Assembly: GCF_963921235.1 (NCBI RefSeq)
Contig: NC_086109.1
Coordinates: forward strand, 31,808,001 to 31,872,000
DNA: 64,000 bases
Reading direction: 5' to 3'
From: Mobula hypostoma
Taxonomy: Eukaryota
Below the pieces are notes generated by a model, which made no database searches, was not told where the DNA came from, and saw only the letters and a list, made by a program, of their open reading frames with translations. How positions within the stretch are numbered: position 1 is the stretch's first letter; each line of letters opens with the position of its first letter. The translations under genes and the position numbers were made by a program. Of the stretch, positions 24,201-35,610 are shown piece by piece.

Positions 24201-27200
24201 TGCTTGATTGACATTTTGACAGCTTTGTGTTGTTTCCTAAAGCTGAGTGACTAGAATATTTCACAAAATTGATACACATGCTTCTCACGTTCCAGATAAA
24301 GAGACAGAGAAAGCAACAGAGAAATAAGTGCCAACCTAAACAGTAAAAGTTAAATTTATAGTCAGCACTGAATGTTTTTGCCATCTCCCTCGATACCTAT
24401 TCCATTTGCGCATAAGGCATTAAGCTGTATCCTGGAAAAATCACTATGAATAATTACAGAAGCTTCCCTTCTCTAGCCAGATGGTACAAGCAAATTAATT
24501 CACAGCAGGTTTTCAAAGAAAAATCCCTTGTCAGTTTCCACTGAAATTTCTTAAATTGATTTCTAATGTATTTCCCACTGTAAGTAATGCATTCTATTTT
24601 TTCCTGAACAAATAAATGTTTATCAGTCACAAACTCATTGTTGGCAAAATGCATTGATTATGGAGTGTAACCAGATTTTTAATTCAGTTATACAATGGTT
24701 TGTAGATAATGACACTTAATTGGTAAATCTGTAATGTTACAATATTTTTTCTTCAAAATAAAAGATACTCCAGAGATCTCAAGAGATCAAGCTGGACTGC
24801 AATTTGAGTTTTGTCAGTGACGTTGGAAGACCTTCCAAAGGATTAAAAATCATGCAGTATCCATAACTGACCAGGATCATGCGTAAAAGAAAACATCCTG
24901 TTCTTTATTATGAAATGTCTGCGGACATTGTTAGGAAAATATCTTTCAAAATCTGAAGCCAAATTTTTAGAGCTGCTTGAACTTTGGCCCGAGTCAACTT
25001 GCAAGGCAATCAAACTGACATCTGATTCATTCCAATATATTCAATTTGTAGTTGTCATGAGATTCCAGGAGAAAGATGATTGTAAACCCTTAGCAGAAGT
25101 ATGGTAATGATGCGTATCCACCATGCGAAAACCTTTTCTACTGATAAGAATACATTTCAGAATTTAAAGCATGCTGTACATTACCACAGAAGCTTAAAAC
25201 TGCTTATATTTACAACTCAATGTCATGGAAACAGTCATCCAACACTATCACACAACTTCAATCAAGTACAAGATTGGAATTTTCAGTTATTCTATATTTC
25301 AACAAAAGATCTCTTCTATAGGGAATAATATCTGCGGGAAAGGGGAAGAGGTTTTTGGTATTGTATCTGAGCACCCAAAAAAATAAGCAATGTTGAAAAC
25401 TGATAATATCTCTACTTGTACCTGTATCATTGCTGCCAATGTTGTTATGTCACTATTCACCACCAGATTCAATTACATGCTGGAACAGTCGTGATCCATG
25501 TCATACTAAAGAGGCTGAAGGCCAAAAAGTCATTTTGATGATTCTTCTAAGCTTATACAAAATCTCTCATCTTCACATACTCAAAAATTCCCCATGGCCT
25601 TACTCAAAGCCAGTTGATAAATAGGTGCTTTCTTTTAATATTATAGATACAAGATGGTGTGAGAGAGCCGTAAAAAAAGCTTCAGAAACATGTTCTTTCA
25701 AACCGGGCTTTTAACAATAACAATACACTCCATTTCATTAATTCACGGGACTTCTACCAGCTGATATAAGTAATGATATTAATGTGATAAATACAGTCTG
25801 GAAAGAGGACATTTATAATGATTATTATTAATATCAATAACTCTGAATCATTTACTAAGGAAATTCAGCAAATATGTGTAAACTGATGGAAGGATCACAA
25901 CTTTGGCTTATGAACATCAGAAGGAATGGATGAACACGATGCTTTATTGTGTCACCGTTGACAATTAAAAGTGTGAATATAACACAAGTCACAAGCCCTT
26001 GCTCAGCATTAACTCTCTATGCAAGGAAATGTTGTCACTTACCTGTGCAAATCCTGACATTTCCCTGAATACCATACCTTTAACAACTTTCTGATTTCTT
26101 TGCCAACACAAAATGCCAAGGTTGTGGTCAGCCAGTCATCCCTTTTCTTTTCTTGTGTATTCTGGCATTGGGTTATACAGTATGAGATGGTGGAGTTGCA
26201 AAGATTCCCCACCACTTACAGCAAGGAATCTACAGGAGTGCTCTGTGCCAAAGTGAACAAATGTTGCTCTAGAGATTTAAACAGAACAGGACAGTGATGA
26301 GGTACCAAGGGAAATATTTCTCAATTTTGAAATATGCATTTTCTGAGACCACTTAAATTTCTATAAGAGTGTTTCGATATTTTCATTTCCAATATTTTTT
26401 CTTTACTAATATCTACTTAGTTTTAAATGCTTTGGAAGATTTGGAATATTTTAAATATATCTGGTAACTAGGATGCCAGAATGGCTCTCTCGTGTAACAG
26501 TGGCCCATTCAGAGTAATACCTACAATTTGACCCTCCCTGTAACCCACCTCACTCACTGGTTCAGCTCAGTTTGTCCTTGGGTTGTTTTTCCACTTCAGA
26601 CAGTTCCCCTCTCCCAGCAGAGGAGAGAAACAGCAGGCACCCTGAGAAGTTTACATTCAGTACTGTTTCAGAAGCAGGTTTTGGAGGAGATGACCATGAT
26701 GACTAAACAAGTCAGGGCGGCAGCTCTTGTCTATATGGACTTTAGCAAGGCCATTCACAAGAGCTCAGAAGTTAGAGCATATGGGATCCAGGGTGAGTGA
26801 AGAAAGTGAATACAACACTGGCCTGGTGGTAGCAGGCAGAGGTTGAGGTGGAAGGCTGCATTTCACACTGGCAAACTTTAATCAGAGATGAGCCGCAGGG
26901 ATTGGTGCTGGGTCCCTTAATGTTCAACATACATATCAACCATTTGGAATGAGAATGTAGGTGGCATGATTGTAAGATGTCAGCAAAATTAGTGGTATGC
27001 GGACAATGAAGAAGGTTGTCCAAGGTTACAATGATGGGAGAGGAGGAGGTAAAAGGGGGAAGTGTGCCAACTCCTGACGTCACATGGGAAGGTGCCCCGG
27101 ATGAAAGGGAGTGGGAAAGCTGTGCTTACTGGTCGCATTGCACACCTACCCCAACATTTACTCCCATTTCTCTGGAATGCCAGAGGCTAAGGGGAGACTT

Positions 27201-28020
27201 AACAGGAGATTTTATAATTATGAGAGGCACCAAAAGAGTATTTGAAAGAGTGTATCATGCTTCAGTTACAGGCTGTGGGATGCAGTGTATCACTACATTA
27301 CAGTGTGGGGTTCATCACGCACCTGGGTTCACTGTTCGGTTTGAAACATGCAAAATTTGTGAGAGCTTTGACAGTTCCAGCTAAAGTAGGAGGAAAGAAA
27401 GCTTTATGTTTTATTAGTGGGCTTGTCCTACACTCCTCTGAGCTTTGCACCCACCACCTGTTATCTCCAGGTATTGTAGAGACAGAGCCTTTCGGTAACG
27501 GATCTCTCAGCTCAGAGAAAACCACGTTCTGTATGTCCAAACTTCATTCTGCAATAATATAACCAATGATTTAAATTTTTCTAACTATACCTAATAGTAA
27601 TGATATCAAAGTATTTAAGTGGGGCTATAAGACCGAAATTCCAGAATAGGAACTAACATAAGACACAAAGAGAAGACTGAATCACTATAACATCGAATTT
27701 ATTTTGTGCCTTCTTGAATATGTGAGCTGGTTAAGAAATAACCAAATTATTGAAGTGACATAACAATAAGAACCTAGAAATTGAAGTAATATAAGCATTC
27801 CTTCCAATATTTTAGGAATGATCTAAATTAAGTTTCTCTATTGATGATTTTGAAATTATCACCACAGAGCATTTTGGCCTATAACTCATCGTTGGTTTTT
27901 CATCAGGACGTTCTGTTATAGTGTGAGTATTTTTTTTCTACTGAGTTCAGTATCTTTACAAAGAATGCACGAATACACAGGCTTTATTAAAAGGTGACTA
28001 GATACACATACAATAAATAG

Positions 28021-28687
28021 CAGACATCTCACCTCTCCCGGAAGTTCTGAGAGTCTCCCACATATTGATAGTTGCTCCCCGATGCCTGGAAATTATATAC
28101 AATATCCTGCAAATCAATTTTTTCGAGAGGGAGAGGAAGAGGGAGAGGAAGGGAGAGGGAGAGCGAGAGCGAGAGCGAGCATCCTGATTGGTCTCTCTTC
28201 GTGCTAAGTAGACCTATCAGTTTTCTCTGTGGGCGGGCTTTACAGTCGACCTCAAAAATAATGACAGTGTTGCTCGCTGCACTGTTTGCAACAGTGACTT
28301 TTCTCTTGCCCATGATGGGCTAAAATGTAAAAGACATGTTGAGATGAGTTTAACAGGTGTCATTCGTTCATTAGCGTAACTAACTTTATTTAAATTAGCT
28401 GGCTAGCTGCTAAGGAGCTTCTCTATTGATGTCCTACGTGAAGATGCCAAACTCCCTGTAGACTTGTTTAAAGTTGTAATAGAATAAACATGATGCAGTA
28501 ATATAAGTACATATTTTAATGTCAGATTTCCTGCATATACCCAACTTGGTTTACAGATTAGACAAAATCACTAAACAAAGTATTGCATACACCCTTGGAG
28601 GTCGACTGGGGAGGTGGGTGGGGGACATGGAGTTGTGGGGGAGGGTGCTACCTCCCTGAAATGAGTTTTTGCAGGGTGGGATGTCTG
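28021..28687 (+). mobile_element. Non-autonomous hAT-like DNA transposon with zinc-finger remnant
   Basis: TIRs CAGACATCTCACC / GGTGGGATGTCTG; direct flank AAATAG on both sides; peptide ARCTVCNSDFSLAHDGLKCKRHVE at ~28272-28343. Confidence 0.75.
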
Positions 28688-28780
28688 AAATAGGGTACAG
28701 ATAACACAACTGGAACCATTCATGAAGGTACTTGATAACATTTTCTGACTTCCCTTAAAACAGCCTATTAATATTCAGAC

Positions 28781-29004
28781 AACAGGAATTCTGCAGATGC
28801 TGGAAATTCAAGCAACACACATCAAAGTTGCTGGTGAATGCAGCAGGCCAGGCAGCATCTCTAAGTAAGTAAGTAAGAGATTTTCTTACTAGCTCTTCCT
28901 TCAGTTAGTCCTGACGAAGGGTCTCGGCCTGAAATGTCGACTGTTCCTCTTCCTAGAGATACTGCCTGGCCTGCTGCGTTCACCAGCAACTTTGATGTGT
29001 GTTG
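28781..29004. mobile_element. Fold-back Penelope-like insertion with 16-bp TSD
   Basis: TSD CTATTAATATTCAGAC at 28765-28780 and 29005-29020; inverted arms. Confidence 0.88.
28907..28942 (+). ncRNA. Minimal hammerhead ribozyme copy (stem III variant GAAATGTC)
   Basis: AGTC-CTGACGA-AGG(GTCTCGG)CCT-GAAA-TG-TC-GACT. Confidence 0.6.
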
Positions 29005-29160
29005 CTATTAATATTCAGACTTTAAGCTTTAAAACCAGAGTGTATATATTGTCTTGGTTTCATATCCCCATAAGTTTGGTCATATCCAAAGGTTAAACAG
29101 AAGAATGTTTTACTATATATCAGTTTATGGGTTAAATCACTGTGTTAAAAGATAGTAAAT

Positions 29161-29351
29161 CACAAACACTAGAAAGTCTGCAGATGCTGGAAGTCCAGAG
29201 CGACATGCACAAAATGCTGGGTGATCTCAGCAGGTCAGACAGCATCAATGGAAAAGAGTAAACACAGTCAACCTGAAATGCCAACTCTTCATTCTTTTCC
29301 ATAGACGCTGCCTGACATGCTGAGTTGCTCCAGCATTTGTGTGTGTGTTGC
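29161..29351. mobile_element. Older fold-back Penelope-like remnant (different subfamily)
   Basis: TCTGCAGATGCTGG tail then imperfect inverted arms (AAATGCTGG..CTCAGCA / TGCTGAG..CCAGCATTT). Confidence 0.65.
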
Positions 29352-29841
29352 TTAAAAAAGTGTCATTGCTTAAATGAGAAAAGTTGATAGAAAACTCCCA
29401 AAGGCTTAAAGTCATTAACTTATAGCCTGTGAATGACCTGAGCACCATCTAGTTGATCTTCAGTCAATGAAATCAATCCACTATGGGAATAACTTTCTTA
29501 TTTGATGAGTCATTGATTAGTACAGCACAGGAAAGGGACCTTTAGCCCATCAGAAGCTTGCTGATGGTTTAATGTCTGTTTTTTACTAACCTACATATTC
29601 ACAAAAGGATCATCTTAGCACAATTGTCTCATTAGCAGATAAATACTGAACCAGAATGGCAGGACCTGTTGATATTGACATACTGAGGTACGTAGACATA
29701 AATATTAACATTACATGTGAACAAATATGTACTCATGGCTTCAGCTATGAATACTAGCCAGCCTTATTAAATGACAAATGGGTAAATGAACAACAGCCAT
29801 GATACACTTTTGATTTTACAGTAGCTAAAAGCTGAACTTAC

Positions 29842-29853
29842 TCTCTCCTTGAG
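29842..29853 (-). other. Candidate 12-nt microexon CTCAAGGAGAGA
   Basis: Minus strand ttattttctaacAG|CTCAAGGAGAGA|GTAAGT in repeat-free sequence; open in all three frames; no transcript evidence. Confidence 0.22.
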
Positions 29854-30629
29854 CTGTTAGAAAATAACTAAAATTTCCATCTGCTGTGCCAAGCCGCAAA
29901 GCACACATGAACTGCAGACAGCTCTTCTTTTTGTTGACTTCCCGCAGACTCTCCTTGGCCTGTTTATCTCTCTGGTGACTTCAAATGGACTATTTAATTT
30001 TACAACAAGTAAGCTGAGAATTGCTTTTCAACAAGTGGTGAGAGAAATGAAAGGAAATTTAAATAACGTGCCTGTGAATTTATAGAACAGCTGCCAATCA
30101 CATTTACGCACAAATAAAACTCATGAAATGATTTTGTATTGGAACAAAATCATCTCCAATTTCCTTTCTAAATTATGCACCTTTCATCTTTCTGTATACA
30201 ATCCAATTTCTGGAATTGTCTCCCAAATGCCAAAATTATAGCTATATTAGAACTAAATATATGGTCCATCATTCATCTATCAGTGTAACCAAGGATTAGC
30301 AATAAGTTGAGTTCGTAATCAGATCCATAAAGATAGGAGAATGATTGGGTCAATACTATTTAATTTTGCTTCATTTTATGTAGCATCGTCAATAGTGATG
30401 CATTGCTTTTAGTTCTCCCACAGGGTTTTGTATATCCTGAACTCTGCTGCACAACAATCATGAACAATTCCCTGTGTGGCGGGGAAGCTACATGGAAAGC
30501 TTGTTTATGATATGTTCATTATTTTTCCCTTGTTAATAGGAGCTGCTCCCAAGTCTGTTATAACTTTACCTTCTTTCCAACTTCTGGCAATGCCAGCCAA
30601 CACTACTACTGAGGTTCTATTAGTACAAA

Positions 30630-30681
30630 CAACAGGAATTCTGCAGATGCTGGAAATTCAAGCAACATACATCAAAGTTGC
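30630..30681. mobile_element. Minimal 52-bp Penelope-like tail insertion with 15-bp TSD
   Basis: TSD TTCTATTAGTACAAA at 30615-30629 and 30682-30696. Confidence 0.85.
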
Positions 30682-31073
30682 TTCTATTAGTACAAATTGT
30701 TTTTGTTTTGCACATCCTGTTCTTGCAAAATTTATGCAAGACAACAAAAGAGATAATTATAGAACTCTGACTGAATTCTTCACTGTTTTCAGCATAAACA
30801 ATTAGCAACAACAAAAAAACGAGATGGGGCAGGAAATACACCAACCGAATCGGTGCGGAATTGCTGCACCAAATAGTCAATTTTGAATACTTTCTTCATC
30901 CTTTTAGGAAAATGAAGCAGATGAGGAAATTTGTTATAACTGTTCCAGTGCTATATCTACATCCTGTTTCAGTACTTCTCATTCACTGACAAAAGTACTG
31001 AAGAATAGCCAATTATTTAACACAGCAAACACAGAATATAAAACATAATTGCACAGTACAGGGCCTTTAGCCC

Positions 31074-31301
31074 TGTGGTAAACCATGTATATATGTTGTA
31101 ACTGGGTTACCTGTCTGGACACACCCCTCTGCTGACTGCCCCTGTGGCTCCTCCCACAAAGTCCTGTATAAAGGTTCTCGCCTTGCCCCTCCCCCTCAGT
31201 CCGGGGCAGACACTCACTGTGGAGGTCGTATTGTACAGCGAATAAAAGCCTTTCAGTATTTTACCAAACCTCAGTCTTTTGGAGTAATTGAAGGTGCATC
31301 A
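31074..31301 (+). mobile_element. Solo LTR, 228 bp, inserted in a CR1 tail
   Basis: TG...CA termini; perfect 5-bp TSD AGCCC; TATAAA at ~31167 and AATAAA at 31241. Confidence 0.85.
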
Positions 31302-32510
31302 AGCCCATTATATTGAGCTGATCTACATAAACCTATTCCATGATCAATCCAATCCCTCCCTCCTACATGAACCATAACCCTCCATTTTCTCTTTCATCCA
31401 TATGCCTAGTTCAGAGTTACTTAAATGTACCTAATGAACCTAACAATGCAAAAACTTTTACTGTTTTTCAAAAAAATTAAAAGCTACATTTCTTATCGAG
31501 GCCTTTAATGCAGAAAAAGGCAAACATTCTGGTTAGGTCTACACCAAAGTACAGAATCAAAATCATAGAGTACTGTTGGCCACATGCTATAATTTTCAAA
31601 GCCCATGCAACCAATATAACATGTGTTAAGTATCCCACACTGATGACGCTGGACAAAAATGATTTATGACATCTTAAAGGACTATGCTATTGAGATTCAC
31701 TGGGAATATTCAAATATCATTTAATTTGGTGGTTAAAAGCTCAAATTAACATTGCTGATAACTACCTACTGATGCTGCAATTCAGAAAGAGCTTCTTCCA
31801 CACTACCATCCAATTTCTAAATGGACATTGAACCCATGAACAATACCTCACTATTTTTTTATTTCTGTTTTGTTTGCATTACTTACTTTAACTTAGCTAT
31901 TTATATGTATATCTGTGTATTCCTGGATGTTGCCACAACGACGATAAAAAAAATCAATGTATTTCTAAGGTAGGATAGCATGGTAGCTACAGGGAAACTT
32001 AATAATGATGGCTCTTCCATGTCTGTTGCTCTTGTTCTTTGGGGTATTAGAGATTCTGTGCTTAAACTGTTGAAGAAACCTTGGCAGCTGTTTTTGTTAA
32101 TGGTGCATTTGGCAGCCATGCAATGGCAGAGGCAGAAGGCATGCATGCTTAAGATGGAGGTGGTAATCAAGTGAGCTTTTTTTTAATCCTAAATGATGCC
32201 AAATTCCTTGATTTGCTTTTGGAGCTGCACTCAGCCAGACAAGTGGGGAGTTTCCATCGAATTGCTGATGAGCGCAATGGCTGGTGAAAAGATTTTGTTC
32301 AGTCAGGAGCTAAGGCAAACTTCAGAAAATACACAAGGCATGTGTTTTTACCTGAAGAAGTGAACATCAAGGTTCATCTCTTGGACAAAGGAAGGTAGTC
32401 ACCGTGATTGGAGGTCAACCATACCAGCCCCAGAAATAATTGTAAAAATGCTTAGGAGAGTATCCTCAACTCATTCAACTCCAGCTACTTCAGTGGTATT
32501 CAGGGAATTC

Positions 32511-33020
32511 ATTAGATTAGATTAGATTAGATTCAACTTTATTGTCATTGTGCCAAGTACAGATACAAAGCCAATGAAATGCTTTTAATATCTGACAGAA
32601 ATGCAAGGAACAGTGTTATTTACAAAATAACTGCGAATAAAAACGTGCTACAGCACACAAATATAAAAGTACTGAGACAGTACAATACCGATGCAATACT
32701 GTTTAGCACTGTGATCTGACGTTCAGCAGTGTCACAGCCTCAGGGAAGAAGCTCTTCCTGTGCCTGCTGGTGCGGGAGCGGAGGCCCCTGTAGTGCCTAC
32801 CGGATGGGAGGAGAGTAAAAAGTCCATGGTTAGGGTGAGATGCATCCCTGATAAAGCTTCTCGTCCTGCCCAGGCAGCGTTTATGGTAGATGTTCTCAAT
32901 GGTGGACAATTGGGTGCCGATAATCCACTGGGCAGTTTTCACCACACGTTGGAGTGCTTTGTAGTCTGATACGGGACAATTGCCATACCACACTGAGATG
33001 CAGTCTGTGAGTATGCTTTC
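32511..33020 (-). mobile_element. Rex1/Babar-like LINE 3' end
   Basis: ORF 32703-32993 (WYGNC...ALQRVVKTAQ..LFTLLPSGRHYR) and (ATTAG)n tail. Confidence 0.85.
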
Positions 33021-33924
33021 AAGAGTCAGTGAATATACTCAAGACAAAGATGATACATACTTAAATTATAAGAGAGTCAATATGTATTAGAAAAGGGCAT
33101 GAAGATAGTTTTGAAATGAGATTAAATCATCTATGATTTCATTGAATGGCAAACCACACTGCAGGAGTAGAGTAGCCTACCATTGCTCCTGTTATGTTTT
33201 AAGACCTTCCTTCCATCAGTAAATCAGAAGCAAGGATGTACACTGATGATTGCATAACATGCAATTTCATTCGCAAACCTTCAGCAAATAAAGTAGTCCA
33301 TTTATGAACATTGGGTCATGGAATGATAAGTAGCAAGAAACGTTGGCCAACAGCTGTGATAGGCATTAACTATCTCCATAAAGTGAGAGACTTTCTATCT
33401 ACACATGACATTGAATAGCTTTACCACTGATGAGACCCCCACTATCAAAATTATAGAAGTCATCACTGACCAGAAACTCTGCTGGTCTAGCCATCTAATT
33501 ATTGTAGCTACAAGAGTTAATTAGAGGTTAGGTATCCTTCAACAAGTGTCATCCAAAAGCCTTTCCACCATCTGCATGGCAAAAGGAAGGAATGTTGAAA
33601 TATTCTCAATGAGTGCATCTCAACAACTCCCAAGAAGCTTAACATCATCCCAGACAAAGCAGCTATTTCATTATAACCCCATCGACAGCTTTAATCATTC
33701 ATTCTCTCCACCATCAGCTCACAGAGAGTGCATGAGTGCCATCTATAAAATTCACTGTTGTTTCTTACCCAGACTACTGACAACACCTCACAAACCTGTA
33801 GCCTCTGCAAGCAAGAAGGCAAGGCCATCAGGTCATTGGAACACCAGCACATGCAGGTTCCATTCCAAGCTGCACAGCTTCCTGACTTAGAAGTATATCA
33901 CCAAGCTTCCATCATTAGGGGATC

Positions 33925-35610
33925 TGTAAGGCATTTGATAAGATCCCCCATGCAAGGCTCCAAGAAGACCTTGCTTTGTGGATCCAGAATTGGCTTGCCC
34001 ACAGAAAGTCAAAGGGTGGTTGTAAATGGTTCATATTCTACATGATGGTTAGTGACCAGGGGCGTTCTGCAGAGATCTTTTCTGGGACCCTCTTCTCTTT
34101 TTGGTTTTTATAAATGACCTGGATGAAGAAGCAGAAAGGTGGGTTAGTAAGTTTGCTGATAATACAAAGGTTGGGGGTGTTGTGGATAGTCTGGAGGCTT
34201 GTCAGAGGTTACAGTGGGGCATTGATAGGAACTGGATTGAGATGTACAGATGGACTTCAACCCAGACAAGTGTGAAGTGGTTCATTTTGGTAGGTCAAAT
34301 TTGAAGACAGAATATAATATTAATGGTAAGACCCTTGGCAGTGTGGAAGATCTGAGAGATCTTGGGGTCTGTGCCCATAAAACACTCAAAGCTGCTTTTT
34401 GGAGTAATTCCTCAAAATATCAGTGGCATCTCTGTGTCTGACCAACATGTTATTGCATTTGTTACATTGATAGCTAGGAGGGCCATTTTGTTGAAGTGGA
34501 AGGATATGTCGGCTCCCACTTTGTCACGATGGTTCTTTCAAGTGATGCTATGTCTTAGTTTGGAGAAAATTATGTCGAACCTTTGAACCTATGTTTGATT
34601 TTGAGAAAAGCTGGGGTTCATTTGTTCGTTACTATCATTTGAGCTAATTGATAGATTTCCTCCACGATCTAATTGTAAATTTTTGGTACTTTTTTTTTCT
34701 TGCTGGCAGTTTGATGTTTATCTTTAGAAGCTTTTTGTATGACGCATGGCTCCGGGATTGAACACTTAATGGTTTTTTTCCCTCACTTTTCTTTGCTTTA
34801 GTTGTTTTTTTTTTCTCTTTGTCACCAAAATTTTTTCAATCTTTAAAACAACGTTTTTTTCCTCTTGAGACATTGTAAGTGTTTCCTACTTCGATGTACT
34901 CTTGTTAATTTTGGATAATAATAATAAAAAGATTTGAAAAGAAGAAGGAAAGCCGCTGTACAGGTTGAGAGTGTTGTTAAGATGTGTATGGTGTGTTGGC
35001 ATTCATCAACCGTGGGATTGAGTTCAAGAGCCATGAGATAATGTTACAGCTATGTAAGACCATGGTCAGGCCCCACTTGGAGCACTGAGTTCTGTTCTGG
35101 CCACCACACTACAGGAAGGATATAGATACTATAGAAAGAGTGCAGAGGAGATCTATAAGGATCTTGCCTGGATTGTAGGGCGTACCTTATGAAAATAGGT
35201 TAAGTGAACTTGGCCTTTTCTCCTTGGAGGAACAGAGGATAAGAGGTGACCTGATAAAGGTGTATAAGATGATGAGGGGCATTAATCGTGTGGATAGCCA
35301 GAGGCTTTTTCCCAAGGCTTAAATGACGAATACGAAGGGGCATAATTTTAAGGTACTTAGAAATAGGTACCAAGGGGATGTCCTGAGTAAGTTTTTCACA
35401 CAAAGAGTGGTGAGTGTGTAGAATGCACTGCCAGTGGTAGTGGTGGAAGTGGATACAATAGGGTCTTTTAAGATGGGTACATGGAGCTTAGTAAAATAGA
35501 GGACTATGCGCTAAGGAAATTCTAGACAGTTTCTCGAGTAGGTTACATGGTCGGCACAACATTATGGGCCGAAGGGCCTGTAATGTGCTGTAGATTTCTA
35601 TGTTCTATGA
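33925..35610 (+). mobile_element. CR1 LINE ORF2 3' part, interrupted by an L1 fragment
   Basis: FINDLDE..SKFADNTKVGG and FNPDKCEVVHFG; CR1 3' tail TTCTATGTTCTATG. Confidence 0.87.
34397..34948 (+). mobile_element. 5'-truncated L1-clade LINE 3' end
   Basis: LIARRAILLKWK..PTLSRW..LSLEKI; T-rich UTR, AATAAA and A-rich tail; TSD AAAGC(T/C)GCT at 34388-34396 and 34949-34957. Confidence 0.78.

Noticed and set aside
26043..26268. Minus-strand coding exon with a strong donor
   Set aside because: Stops occur in all three frames from the plausible acceptors, and no protein is recognisable.
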